The position numbers and the translations under genes are program-made. From the NCBI GenBank assembly GCA_963775685.1, contig CAVZJV010000011.1, positions 1 to 64,000 of the forward strand: DNA of 64,000 nt. Reading direction: 5' to 3'. This DNA comes from Candidatus Bathyarchaeota archaeon (GTDB lineage Archaea > Thermoproteota > Bathyarchaeia > Bathyarchaeales > Bathycorpusculaceae). Of this stretch, positions 8,890 to 19,129 are shown one piece after another. Each line of letters opens with the position of its first letter. Within the stretch, counting starts at the first letter, position 1. Below the pieces are notes generated by a model. That model had not been told where the DNA came from. It worked only from the letters and a program-made list of their open reading frames with translations, and did no database searches.

Positions 8890-9811
8890 ACTTTTCTCTC
8901 CACTCCTTCTCCAACTCTTTGGCACCCTGCCTGATTAGGTCTTCGCCCACCATGCTGCCTAGCTCCGCGGCTTGGGCTAAGGTGCCTTTGGCTTGGGCGC
9001 TGATTTTTTTTTTGGTGGTTAGCGAATATATGCTGCCTTGGAGTGTGAGGTTGTTGTCGTTTGCTTGTCCAACTGCACCGATGGGTACGCGGCAGCCGCC
9101 GTCCAATTTGAGCACTAAGCTGCGTTCAGCGGTGATTTCGGCGCGGGTGGCTTTGTCCTCCACTGACTGCAGGATTTTTTTTATTTCGTTGTTGCTTTCT
9201 CTTGCAACAATTGCGAGGGCGCCCTGTCCCGCGGCAGATGGAAACTGGTCCAAAGGGAGCTGTTCGGTGATTTCGCTGGTAATATCCATTCTCTGCAACC
9301 CAGCCTCGGCGATCACTATGCCTGCTAACTTTCCTTTTCTGACTTTGCCAATTCTTGTATCGACGTTGCCTCGGATGGGCTCAACTTCCAAGTCGGGGCG
9401 GTGGTATTTGATTTCAGCAAGCCTTCGCAAGCTGCCTGTGCCGACAACAGCGCCTTTCGGTAACTCGTTTAGGCGGATTTTATCTTTGGATATAAAGACA
9501 TCGTAGGGTGAATCCCTTTTTGGAATTGCCGCTAAAACGGTGCCGGTCTGCTGCTCAACGATGGGTACGTCTTTTAGGCTGTGAATTGCCAAATCTACTT
9601 CACCGCTGACCACTTGCTGATCGATTTCCTTCTCAAAAATCCCTTTGCAATCGATGCTGAATAGCGGTTTGCCATGTTCTTTGTCGCCCATGGTTTTGAT
9701 TATTTTCAACTCAAAGTTTACGTCGGGGCATTTTTGTTTGATTTGGTTTAGGGTACGGTTGGTTTGGGCAAGTGCGAGTTTGCTGCCTCTTGTGCCGACG
9801 GTTAGTTTCAT
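8876..9811 (-). CDS. hemC: Hydroxymethylbilane synthase
   Basis: GTRGSKLALAQ, HSLKDVP, IRGNVDTR, LDGGCRVPIG. Confidence 0.95.
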   Translation of the reverse strand: MKLTVGTRGSKLALAQTNRTLNQIKQKCPDVNFELKIIKTMGDKEHGKPLFSIDCKGIFEKEIDQQVVSGEVDLAIHSLKDVPIVEQQTGTVLAAIPKRDSPYDVFISKDKIRLNELPKGAVVGTGSLRRLAEIKYHRPDLEVEPIRGNVDTRIGKVRKGKLAGIVIAEAGLQRMDITSEITEQLPLDQFPSAAGQGALAIVARESNNEIKKILQSVEDKATRAEITAERSLVLKLDGGCRVPIGAVGQANDNNLTLQGSIYSLTTKKKISAQAKGTLAQAAELGSMVGEDLIRQGAKELEKEWREKYGVW

Positions 9812-11125
9812 TGAGGTTTCCTCGTATAGGCTGCCGCCGAGAGGGCTTTGTCGAAGGCTTTTATGGTGAATTTTAGGTCATCTTTTGTATGTGCCGTTGA
9901 AACAAAGCAGGTTTCGTATTGTGACGGCGGAATGAATACGCCCTGCCGAAGTAGTTCTTGGAAGTAGGCGGTGAACATTGCTCGGTCGGAGTGTTTGGCG
10001 CAGGCGTAGTCGGTTACGTCTTTGTTGGTGAAGAAGATTTGATAGAGTGAGGCGATGTTGTAGACTTGGGCTGGTAGTTTGTAGGCTGCGGATAGATCGG
10101 TTAGAGCTTTTTTGAGTTCGGCGGCGTTCTTTTCGAGTTTTGGGTAAATTTTGTTTTTTTTCTGGTTTAGGATTTTGAGAATTGTGTAGCCTGCCGTTGC
10201 GGAGATCGGGTTGCCGCTGAAGGTGCCAGCTTGGTATACCTTGCCTACAGGCGAGATGTTTTGCATGATTTCGCGTTTGCCGCCAAACGCCGCCAACGGG
10301 AAGCCTCCGCCAAGCACCTTGCCCAAGTGTTGCCATGTCAGGTTTTACTTTGAAGTATTCCTGAGCGCCTCCAAGTCCCAAGCGGAAGCCTGTGATGATT
10401 TCGTCAAAAATCAAAACGGCGCCGTTGACGCTGGTTACCTTTCTAAGATAAGTTAGATAATCTTTTTTGGGCAGAATTAAACCCACGTTTGCCAAAACAG
10501 GCTCAACGATGACAGCGGCGATTCCGTTGCCCTGGCTCTTGAATGTGGCTTCAAGGGCTTCTACGTCATTATATGGTAGGACAATTGTGTTTTGGGTTGT
10601 TTCCTCGGGAATCCCCAGTGAATTTGGTGACCCAAAAGTCGCTGCGCCAGAACCTGCCTTGACAAGCACATTGTCATGGGAACCATGGAAACAGCCGTCG
10701 AACTTGATGATTTTCTTTCGGTTGGTATAGCCTCTTGCCGCGCGGATAGCGTGCATTGTGGCTTCAGTGCCGCTGTTGACGAGCCGCATCATCTCCATAC
10801 AGGGTGACGCTTTGGAGATGAGTTCAGCTAATTCCACTTCCCGTTCAGTAGGAGCACCATAGAGTGTTCCCATGGCCAACTGCTTTTTGACTGCGTCGAG
10901 AATTTCGGCGTTCGCATGCCCTAAAAGCAGCGCTCCATAAGCCATACAATAATCAACGTACGCTTTGCCGTCGGCATCATACATTTTTGAGCCTTGAGCA
11001 CATTCCACAAAGAATGGGTACGGTTCGAAGGCTCGGACGGGGCTGTTTACGCCGCCAGGCAGACTTTTTTTGGCTCTTTCAAAAAGCTGTTTGGATTTGG
11101 TTTCGGTCAAGGTTGGTTCAACCAT
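9808..11125 (-). CDS. hemL: Glutamate-1-semialdehyde 2,1-aminomutase, split by a +1 frameshift near 10323
   Basis: PGGVNSPVRAF, NSGTEATM, FDEIITGFR; an extra G in ...ATL-GGG-CAAG breaks the PLP-lysine motif LGKVLGGG; removing it gives 438 aa. Confidence 0.92.
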
Positions 11126-12087
11126 GTTGTCGCTTCTTTGGCGTGGTAGGTTATGATTAGGTCAGCGCCTGCGCGTTTGATGGCGGTTAGGATTTCGTGG
11201 GTTATGGTTTTTTCGTTTATCCAGCCATTCTGGGAGGCTGCTTTAACCATGCTGTATTCGCCGCTAACGTTGTAGGCGACTATGGGCACGTTAAAGTTGG
11301 CTTTGGCTAGTGAAATAATATCAAGGTATGCTAAGGCGGGTTTGATCATTATCAAATCTGCGCCCTCGGATATGTCAAGTTCGATTTCGCGCAGGGCTTC
11401 TTGCTGGCTGCCTTGGCTCATCTGGTAGCTGCGACGGTTCCCAAACTTAGGTGTCGATTCAGCTGCTTCGCGAAATGGACCATAAAAGCCCGAGGCATAC
11501 TTTGCGGAATAAGCCATAATAGCAACCTGCTCAAAACCAGAATCATCCAGAGCTTCGCGGATTGCGCCAACTTGACCGTCCATCATAGCGGAAGGCGCCA
11601 CAATATCCACGCCAGCTTCGGCGTAACTGACTGCAACCTTACAGAGTATTTCTAAGGTTTGGTCGTTTTGTACCTCTGCGTCTTTGATTATGCCACAGTG
11701 TCCGTGGCTTATGTACTCGCATAAGCAAACATCCCCGACAACGACAAGCTCTTCGCCAAATGCTTTTTTGAGTTCACGGATAGCTTTTTGGACGATGCCA
11801 TCTTTGGAGTATGCGCTGGTGCCTTCTTCATCTTTTTTGGCTGGGATGCCGAAAAGCAGCACAGATTTGACGCCTTGGACGAGTGCTTGTTTTCCTTCCT
11901 CAACAACTTGACTGATGGGCAGACGGTTGTAGCATGGCATAGAGTTGATGGCAACGGGTTTTTTGATACCTTCTTCAACGAAAATTGGGTAAATCAGGTT
12001 ACTGGGTTGAATAATTGTCTGTTTTAGCATTTCCCTCAAAGCAGCAGTTCTACGCAAACGTCTCATTCTAACAGTTGGAAAACTCAT
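11107..12087 (-). CDS. hemB: Porphobilinogen synthase
   Basis: DVCLCEY..HGHCG, APSAMMDG, FYGPFREA, KPALAYLD, YNVSGEY. Confidence 0.96.
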   Translation of the reverse strand: MSFPTVRMRRLRRTAALREMLKQTIIQPSNLIYPIFVEEGIKKPVAINSMPCYNRLPISQVVEEGKQALVQGVKSVLLFGIPAKKDEEGTSAYSKDGIVQKAIRELKKAFGEELVVVGDVCLCEYISHGHCGIIKDAEVQNDQTLEILCKVAVSYAEAGVDIVAPSAMMDGQVGAIREALDDSGFEQVAIMAYSAKYASGFYGPFREAAESTPKFGNRRSYQMSQGSQQEALREIELDISEGADLIMIKPALAYLDIISLAKANFNVPIVAYNVSGEYSMVKAASQNGWINEKTITHEILTAIKRAGADLIITYHAKEATTWLNQP

Positions 12088-12740
12088 ATTTTCATCTCCC
12101 TTTTATCAATCAGCTTCATAGCTAAATCCTGAGCCTCTTCAAGTTGTCCTTCACACAGAGCCTTTTTGATGTTGGAGTTATTAAGTATCTCGTACAGCAG
12201 TTTACGTCGAGCTTTTACGTCGGAAACCTGCTCTTTTAGGATTTCACGCATGCAGGCTTGAAGTTCTATCGCAAGCAAATCCTCAGGCTTAACCAGCTTT
12301 TCGATTCTTTCCCTGATCACACGCGCCATCGCGGGGCTTTTGCCGCCGGTGGAAACTGAAATTTTGACATCGCCGACTTTTGCGATTGCAGGCAAGATAA
12401 AATCGCTCAACGCTGGGTTGTCCACGGCGTAAACCATGCAGCCCCTTGCTTTTGCTGCCGAAACCAGCTTTGCGTTTAGCTTGCTGTCATTGGTCGCAGC
12501 TAACAGTACGTCTGGCTTCGGGTTAAGGCAGTCGACAAATGTTGTGCCGTCTTTGATTTCTGTTTTTAACAAAATGATTTTTCTTTCTTTGCTTAGCTTC
12601 TCGATGCCATCCGAAAAAGTTTTGCTGATTACCCAGATTACTGCGCCAGAATCCAAAAAGCTCTGGGTTTTGCGGTAAGCCTCTGCGCCTCCGCCCACTA
12701 CAACAACGGTTTTGCTTTCAAGTTTTAGGTCTATGAACAA
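12084..12740 (-). CDS. sirC: Precorrin-2 dehydrogenase (SirC / CysG N-terminal type)
   Basis: VVVVGGG.EAYRK, VDNPALSDFILPA, VSTGGKSPAMAR. Confidence 0.85.
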   Translation of the reverse strand: MFIDLKLESKTVVVVGGGAEAYRKTQSFLDSGAVIWVISKTFSDGIEKLSKERKIILLKTEIKDGTTFVDCLNPKPDVLLAATNDSKLNAKLVSAAKARGCMVYAVDNPALSDFILPAIAKVGDVKISVSTGGKSPAMARVIRERIEKLVKPEDLLAIELQACMREILKEQVSDVKARRKLLYEILNNSNIKKALCEGQLEEAQDLAMKLIDKREMKI

Positions 12741-14296
12741 CTTTCTGGTTTGCCACCTTGGGAAACGTTTAGGTTATAGTTGGTTAGTAGTTTTTTGAAG
12801 TTTTCCACAAAAGCCGAATAGTCAACTGCAACCTGAGTGGGCGGCAAAGCAACTTTAACAAGCAAATCTAAGTCGATGTATTTTTCCGTTGCATCGATTG
12901 CTTGGGCGCCAAAGTCCTCATAGCGGATTTCGATTTCAGGAATCATGCCTCTCCTATCTAAATCCAACCGCGGCACCATACCTAACAATTCGATTCCAGC
13001 ATTCTGAAAGGCGCTTTTCATGGTTTGACGTATTTCGTCGGTTATGTAGCTTACTCGCAGCTTGTTGAGGATTACGCCTGTGGTTTTTACGCCGAGGCGT
13101 TTGAGGATGTTGACATAGTTGAGGGTATTGATTAGGCCGCCTTCGATGCCTTCCTTGTCGCAGCCCACGACCACAATGGTGGATGCGCCAAGTGCGGAGG
13201 CAACTTCGGCTGTAGACATCGGGCGTTTATAGTTTTCGTTAAGCAAACCTGTGAACGCGGACATAGCTCCTTCAACTAGGAGGAAATTGTACTTTTTGGC
13301 GGCTTCCTCGACTGCTTGCTCGAGAGGGGTCCAGCCGCTTTCCCCAATCTTAATCGAAGAATACTCTTTGATTGGCTCCTTAATGAGATACAATGAGGAG
13401 ACAGCATCGCGTATATCTCCCCCAACCTTAATGATACCGACTCTGTAGCCTTTTTTCTTTAGCGCTCCGGCAATGCCTGTTATGATGAAGGTTTTGCCCG
13501 AACCGCTCCCCGTCGCTGTCACCATCAGCAGCTTTGACTCCTGGCTGATTGGGGCTTGCTGGCGCACATTAGTTGCTATACCGACTTCGCCCTTGATTTG
13601 GTCCAGCAGCTTCACATTTGCTTGCCTGATCTGGTTTAGTTCAACCGCGTTTATGTCCAGCGATTTGGTGATGCTGTCAAGGATAGTCGGGTTATGATCT
13701 AAGAGAGAATGGATGAATACGCCGACCACGTTACCTTGCTTGTTGGCGACGCCTGAAACCAAGTCTTGGGGGTCTTTCTTGTAGTTGACTCGTTTGGCAT
13801 GTGTGATTATGATTGGTTTGGCGTCTTTGTGGAGCACGATTTTGCCGTAGGTGTGACAGTGGAACCCGGATATTTCTTTGCCGATTTCTTGGGTGATGAA
13901 ACTTTTGTCCACAACTGTCGCTGTCACTCGGTCTGTGCATACTAACGGTTTGAACTCGGCATCCAGTAGCCCCAAGCCTTCACGGGTAATTGGAATTGTT
14001 GAGAGTCTTCCAACATCAGTTTCTTTGGCAAGAACCTGAAAACCTGAACAGACGCCTAAAACAAATTTGCCTGAATCTGCCATTTTGATAATTTCGCGGG
14101 TGACTTTGTCATTGACGCTTTGAGATTCAACAAGACTGCCGCCTGGAATGATTAGCATATCTAAAATTTCGGATGCAGATTTGCCATCTACCTGGGCGTC
14201 AGCGCAGACTATGTCGGTTGGGAGGTTTCCGAAGTCTTCAAAGCACGGTAGAGCCCCTGGAAGGTAAACTAAGCCGATTCTGTGACCTAAAACCAT
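12731..14296 (-). CDS. Domain-permuted corrin amidotransferase: N-terminal class I GATase, C-terminal CbiA-like P-loop synthetase
   Basis: N-half IIPGGS, GVCSGFQ, GLGLLD, GFHCH, GVFIH; C-half ATGSGSGKT, KVGGD, VEGAMSAFTG, STAEVA, GVILNK. Confidence 0.8.
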   Translation of the reverse strand: MVLGHRIGLVYLPGALPCFEDFGNLPTDIVCADAQVDGKSASEILDMLIIPGGSLVESQSVNDKVTREIIKMADSGKFVLGVCSGFQVLAKETDVGRLSTIPITREGLGLLDAEFKPLVCTDRVTATVVDKSFITQEIGKEISGFHCHTYGKIVLHKDAKPIIITHAKRVNYKKDPQDLVSGVANKQGNVVGVFIHSLLDHNPTILDSITKSLDINAVELNQIRQANVKLLDQIKGEVGIATNVRQQAPISQESKLLMVTATGSGSGKTFIITGIAGALKKKGYRVGIIKVGGDIRDAVSSLYLIKEPIKEYSSIKIGESGWTPLEQAVEEAAKKYNFLLVEGAMSAFTGLLNENYKRPMSTAEVASALGASTIVVVGCDKEGIEGGLINTLNYVNILKRLGVKTTGVILNKLRVSYITDEIRQTMKSAFQNAGIELLGMVPRLDLDRRGMIPEIEIRYEDFGAQAIDATEKYIDLDLLVKVALPPTQVAVDYSAFVENFKKLLTNYNLNVSQGGKPESCS

Positions 14297-14345
14297 CTCA
14301 AATGCCCCAACGGCTATTTACGAGTAAACCTTATATTTAAGCCGC

Positions 14346-15647
14346 ATGGTTTATCCATCCATGCTTTCCTCGGCAAAGACAGATCACGTCATAAACGTCA
14401 GAATCACGCATAAGACAGCCCATGTGCCATTGATGGAGGCTGTAGCGTTTAAGGAGAAGCAAAAAGCACTTACCGAGATTCGCTCAATCAGAAACGTAGA
14501 AGAATGTCTTATTTTGCAAACTTGCAACCGAATTGAACTTTTCATAGTAACTGAGCTGGCAGATGAAATGGCTGCTGCAGCTAAAACTTATTTGGCAAAC
14601 CGAGCGCCAGAAAAAGTTGAGGCAGCAACCAAAGCCATCGAAACCTCCATCGATAACGAAGCCTTCAACCACTTACTCAGGGTAACCTCAGGCTTAGAAT
14701 CAATGGTTATAGGCGAAGACCAAGTCTTAAACCAAGTCTGGGATGCATACCTAGAAGCGGAAAACGCAAAAGTCATCGGCCCAATCCTGAGACATCTATT
14801 CAACCGAGCCATGACTGTTGGCAGACGCGTCCGCAACGAAACAGGCATCAACAAAGGGGCCGTCTCCATCGGTTCCGCCGCTGTTGAATTAGCTGTGAAC
14901 CTGCTGGGGAATTTAGAGGACAAGAAAATCTTGGTTATGGGTGCTGGCGAAATCGGAACGTTGGTCGCCAAAGCATTGGCTCGACGATGCCTCAGCCCGA
15001 TATTTATAGCTAACCGAACTTATGATCGAGCGGTAAAACTTGCCGAGGATCTTTCAGGTAAAGCGGTGAAGTTTAACCAGTTTGAAGAAGTCCTGGTTGA
15101 AGCTGACGTTGTGATATGCTCTACTGCGGCCCCGCATTACCTATTAACCAAAGACATCGTTTCCCGTTTGATGAGTCAACGCGTCAACAAAAATGACATA
15201 ATAATAATCGACATTTCCAATCCCCGTAACGTTGAAAAAGCCGTGCAAGAGGTAACGTCAACGAAACTCTACAACATCGACGACCTGCAAATTATAGCTG
15301 ACAAGAATAAGAAGGAACGCGGGAAAAGCATCGAGAAAGCCGTCAAAATCTTAGAACAGGAACTTTTAATTCTAAATGATGACATGAAAAGTCTCTCAGT
15401 TCGTTTAATTGTCTCTTCGCTTCTTTCACGCGCTGAAGACGTTAGGCAGAAAGAGCTTGCAACTGCCCTAAACATGCTGGGAAATTTGGATGAAAAACAA
15501 AAACGTGTCCTAGAAGATTTAACTTCAATTTTGCTTAAGCAAACGTTTATTCCCATTGTTGAGAACCTAAGGTTAGCCGCCAAGAAAGGTGATGAGAAAC
15601 TCATCGAAACAGCGGTTAAATTGTTTGAGAAAACGGAGAAAAAATAA
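14346..15647 (+). CDS. hemA: Glutamyl-tRNA reductase
   Basis: QTCNRIE, SGLESMVIGEDQV, GAGEIG, ANRT, DISNPRNV. Confidence 0.95.
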   Translation: MVYPSMLSSAKTDHVINVRITHKTAHVPLMEAVAFKEKQKALTEIRSIRNVEECLILQTCNRIELFIVTELADEMAAAAKTYLANRAPEKVEAATKAIETSIDNEAFNHLLRVTSGLESMVIGEDQVLNQVWDAYLEAENAKVIGPILRHLFNRAMTVGRRVRNETGINKGAVSIGSAAVELAVNLLGNLEDKKILVMGAGEIGTLVAKALARRCLSPIFIANRTYDRAVKLAEDLSGKAVKFNQFEEVLVEADVVICSTAAPHYLLTKDIVSRLMSQRVNKNDIIIIDISNPRNVEKAVQEVTSTKLYNIDDLQIIADKNKKERGKSIEKAVKILEQELLILNDDMKSLSVRLIVSSLLSRAEDVRQKELATALNMLGNLDEKQKRVLEDLTSILLKQTFIPIVENLRLAAKKGDEKLIETAVKLFEKTEKK

Positions 15648-15648
15648 C

Positions 15649-16725
15649 TTGCCAAAACAAACAGTGTTGGATACTGTAGGCTTAATACTCATTGGGCACG
15701 GAAGCAAATTGCCCCATAACAGAGAAAACCTAGAAAAACTAGCGGTATCTCTGCGGAGTCGCTCAAAGTTCAAGGCGGTCGAAATTGCTTTTATGATGCG
15801 AGACACTCCAACAATAGCTGAAGCCATTGATGTCATGGCGAAGAAGGGTGTGTCAAAGATTGTTCTGGTTCCCGCTTTCCTTGCTCCAGGTATCCATACT
15901 ACTCAAGAAATTCCGGAATTAATTGGAGTAAAAGAGAAACAGCCCCATCTTAAAGCGTTAGGGATCGAATTGATTTACGGGGAACCAATAGGGAGTGACG
16001 AACGAATAGCCGACATCCTCGAAGAAAAAGCGCTCAAAGCTCTAGGTCAAGAGATAAAGAAGGACGGTGAAGTTATTGATGCTTACTCTGTTGCGGAAGC
16101 AGGCAAAATCGTAGATAAGAGCATGATGCTTATCCGAGAAGCTATAGGTTCAGACTTGGCAAAGTTGCCCAAAGACAAAGTACCGCTTGTAGAGAGGGTC
16201 GTCCACACAACAGCTGACCCGGAATTCGCCAAACTCCTCGTCATCAGCGAAGGAGCAGTCGCTGCAGGAGTTGCAGCCATTAAGGCAGGAGCGAAGGTAG
16301 TCACCGACGTTAAAATGATAAAAGCAGGTATAAATGATGCGCGTCTTAAAAAATTCGGCGGCAAAATCTTCACCTATATGAACGATGAACGAACGATGGA
16401 ACTGGCAAAGGCTGAGTCCTTGACACGTTCTGCGGCTGCCATGCGTCTTGCCATAAAAGACGGCTTAGATGGCGCCATCATCCTTATCGGTAACGCTCCT
16501 ACTGCTGCCTTCGAACTCGCAGACCAAATTAAACAGAGCAAAGTTAAGCCAGCATTGATTGTCGCAGTTCCAGTCGGCTTTGTTGGCGCCGCAGAATCCA
16601 AAGAAGTCGTCGCCAAACTTCCAATCCCATATGTAATCACGAAAGGACGCAAAGGCGGTAGCACAATCGCAGTTGCGGTCTTCAATGCTTTACTTTCTAT
16701 GGCTGAGGGCAAAAAATACGGTTAA
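15649..16725 (+). CDS. cbiX-cbiC: Fused short cobaltochelatase CbiX and cobalt-precorrin-8 methylmutase CbiC
   Basis: N-terminal LIGHGSK...PAFLAPGIHTTQEIP; C-terminal RVVHTTADP, IGNAPTA, PVGFVGAAESK, GRKGGS; TTG start just after the hemA stop. Confidence 0.88.
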   Translation: MPKQTVLDTVGLILIGHGSKLPHNRENLEKLAVSLRSRSKFKAVEIAFMMRDTPTIAEAIDVMAKKGVSKIVLVPAFLAPGIHTTQEIPELIGVKEKQPHLKALGIELIYGEPIGSDERIADILEEKALKALGQEIKKDGEVIDAYSVAEAGKIVDKSMMLIREAIGSDLAKLPKDKVPLVERVVHTTADPEFAKLLVISEGAVAAGVAAIKAGAKVVTDVKMIKAGINDARLKKFGGKIFTYMNDERTMELAKAESLTRSAAAMRLAIKDGLDGAIILIGNAPTAAFELADQIKQSKVKPALIVAVPVGFVGAAESKEVVAKLPIPYVITKGRKGGSTIAVAVFNALLSMAEGKKYG

Positions 16726-16738
16726 AGGTGACCTCTGA

Positions 16739-17839
16739 ATGGCGAGGTTTTTAAAATACGGCATAACTACAGGTGCAACTGCGGCTGCGGCAGCCAAAGC
16801 CGCCGTAATTGCTGCCCTAAAAGAACCAGTTGATCGAGTAGTAATCCCCACCCCAATAGGATTGCGCTTTGAGGTGCCAGTTAAATATAGCAGAAAACTC
16901 GCCAAAGACACCGCCGAAGCAATCACTGTCAAAGATGCGGGAGAAGACATTGACGTCACCGACAAAATGGAAATCACCGCAACTGTCAAACTTACAAATG
17001 ACGGCAAAATCACCATCAAAAGCGGCGAGGGCATAGGTAAAGTCACCAAACCCGGCTTGCAAGTTCCCATCGGTGAAGGGGCCATCAATCCCGTTCCAAA
17101 AAGCATGATAAGTGAAGCAGTAAAAGAAGTGCTCCCTCCTGGCATAGGCGTTGAAATTCTCATCAGTGCGCCTGAAGGGGCAAATATCGCCAAGAAAACC
17201 ATGAACGCTAAACTGGGCATAGCTGGCGGCATATCCATCTTGGGTACGACAGGCGTGGTTAAACCTCTCTCGCTCGAAGCGTGTAGACGTTCACTGGTGC
17301 CACAAATTGATGTCGCACTAGCAAAGGGCTATAACCGCATCCTATTTGTTCCAGGCAACATCGGGGAACGAATTGCTAAACAACAGTTCGGTGTTCCCGA
17401 AGATGCGATTGTGCAAACAGGCGACTTCGTTGGTTACATGTTAGACAAAGCCGTGTCGAAGGGTGTAAAAGAAATCATAGTTCTCGGTCACAGCGGCAAA
17501 CTCGTTAAGTTAGCAGCAAACATCTTCAATACCCACCACAAAGTTGGGGATGCACGAAACGAAGTCATCGCCTCCTATGCCGGTGCAGTCGGAGCCAAAA
17601 CCGAAACAATCAATGAGTTGTTGGAGGCTAATACCACCGATGAAGCTACAGAAATCCTCAGACAAGCCAAACTCTTAGAAGCGACCTACAACCGAATTGC
17701 CGCCCGAGTCAACCAGCGGGTAAGTGACCGAGTCGAAAATAAGATTAAGATAAGCGTAGTTATTGTGGCGATGGATGGTAAAGTCCTTGGCATGGATGAG
17801 AATGCTTGGTGCAATAAACCTTGGCTAAAATTAACATAG
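16739..17839 (+). CDS. cbiD: Cobalt-precorrin-5B C1-methyltransferase
   Basis: GITTGATAAAA, KDAGEDIDVT, AINPVP, LGIAGGISILGTTG. Confidence 0.95.
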   Translation: MARFLKYGITTGATAAAAAKAAVIAALKEPVDRVVIPTPIGLRFEVPVKYSRKLAKDTAEAITVKDAGEDIDVTDKMEITATVKLTNDGKITIKSGEGIGKVTKPGLQVPIGEGAINPVPKSMISEAVKEVLPPGIGVEILISAPEGANIAKKTMNAKLGIAGGISILGTTGVVKPLSLEACRRSLVPQIDVALAKGYNRILFVPGNIGERIAKQQFGVPEDAIVQTGDFVGYMLDKAVSKGVKEIIVLGHSGKLVKLAANIFNTHHKVGDARNEVIASYAGAVGAKTETINELLEANTTDEATEILRQAKLLEATYNRIAARVNQRVSDRVENKIKISVVIVAMDGKVLGMDENAWCNKPWLKLT

Positions 17840-18491
17840 TCGGCGTTGGACCAGGTAACCCAGACTACGTTACGCCAGCCGCAAGAAAAGCTGTAGCTCA
17901 AGCTGAGGTTGTTATCGGGGCACAAAGAAGTCTTCACCTTTTTACTTCTGAAATCAAAGGCGAATTAATTGTCTTAGCAGCTAAAAACCTACGTGAAGTC
18001 TTAAAACATGCGGCAGAATTGATGAGGAGTGGCAAAAATGTGGTTTTCCTCTCAACTGGTGACCCTGGTTTTTCAGGACTTTTACACACTGTGTTAGAAA
18101 GTGGTTTATTTGATGTATCTGAGGTTAATGTAGTTGCAGGAGTGAGTTCACTTCAAGCTTGCGCTGCAAAGCTTGCCATAAGCTGGGATAAGGCATGTTT
18201 GTTTACTTTTCATGAGGGCAATGTTACTGAGCAAGAAAAAGACAAGCTGGTTGAATGCATAAGAAAAGGAAAAGACACCTTGCTTCTCCCAAACTCAAAA
18301 ACGTTTTCACCAAAAGAAATCGCCAAATTTTTAATTAGAGTTAGGAGCAGACAAGAAAACGACCGTTTACATCTGCGAAAACATAACGATGGAAAACGAG
18401 AAGATTACCTGTCAGCAGTCTAGAAAAGATTTGTGAGCAGACTTTTGTTTCTCTTTGCGTAATGGTTATCAAGAGCTACCAATTAACTTAA
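17821..18491 (+). CDS. cbiE: Cobalt-precorrin-7 C5-methyltransferase, with two +1 frameshifts in the 3' part (near 18336 and 18412)
   Basis: IVGVGPG, STGDPGFSG, GVSSLQ; after correction the C-terminus reads ELGADKKTTVYICENITMENEKIT..SLEKICEQTFVSLCVMVI. Confidence 0.85.
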
Positions 18492-18509
18492 CGATAAAGT
18501 TGAAGACGA

Positions 18510-19115
18510 ATGGCAAAAGAATGGGCGTATAAGACACCGGGAATTCCCGATGAGATGTTCAATCAGAAGGATGAGGTTCCTGGTCCAACCAAAGAGGAAA
18601 TCCGAGTTGTAACTATAGCCAAAGCACGCCTTCGAGAAGGCGATGTTGTTATTGACGTTGGCTGTGGCACAGGGGGTTTGACGGTTGAGGCTGCGTTGCA
18701 AGTTTCTCCTAAAGGAAAGGTTTACGCTATTGATGAGGATCCAGTAGCTATTAAGTTAACAGCCAGTAATGTGGAGAAATTCGGAGTTAAAGGCAATGTA
18801 TCCATCGCCGGCGGTAAAGCGCCTCAAGCACTGATAGCTCTTCCAACTGCTGACGCCATCTTAATTGGCGGTGGCGGCGTATCACTTAGAGCGATCATTC
18901 AAATCGCCAACAACAGGCTAAAATCGAATGGCAGAATAGTCATTAACGCAATACTTTTAGAAACCGCAACTCTAGCAATAGAAGAACTCAGAACACTTGG
19001 CTTCAAAGATATCGATATCGCGCATATTTCCGTAGCGAAGGGAAAACAAATAAACAGCGGCACTATGATGATGGCAAGAAATCCAATAACAATTGTCTCA
19101 GCGACAAAACCTTAG
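18510..19115 (+). CDS. cbiT: Cobalt-precorrin-6B C15-methyltransferase (decarboxylating)
   Basis: PGIPDEMF, PTKEEIR, DVGCGTG, MARNPI. Confidence 0.93.
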   Translation: MAKEWAYKTPGIPDEMFNQKDEVPGPTKEEIRVVTIAKARLREGDVVIDVGCGTGGLTVEAALQVSPKGKVYAIDEDPVAIKLTASNVEKFGVKGNVSIAGGKAPQALIALPTADAILIGGGGVSLRAIIQIANNRLKSNGRIVINAILLETATLAIEELRTLGFKDIDIAHISVAKGKQINSGTMMMARNPITIVSATKP

Positions 19116-19129
19116 GAGAAAAACTTGAT

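Noticed and set aside
10315-10330. Programmed frameshift in hemL
   Set aside because: No slippery heptamer; it matches the pattern of scattered +1 insertions nearby
12731-16725. Coenzyme F430 (cfb) pathway
   Set aside because: No cfbC/D/E or mcr in the window; the chelatase is fused to CbiC within a corrin operon
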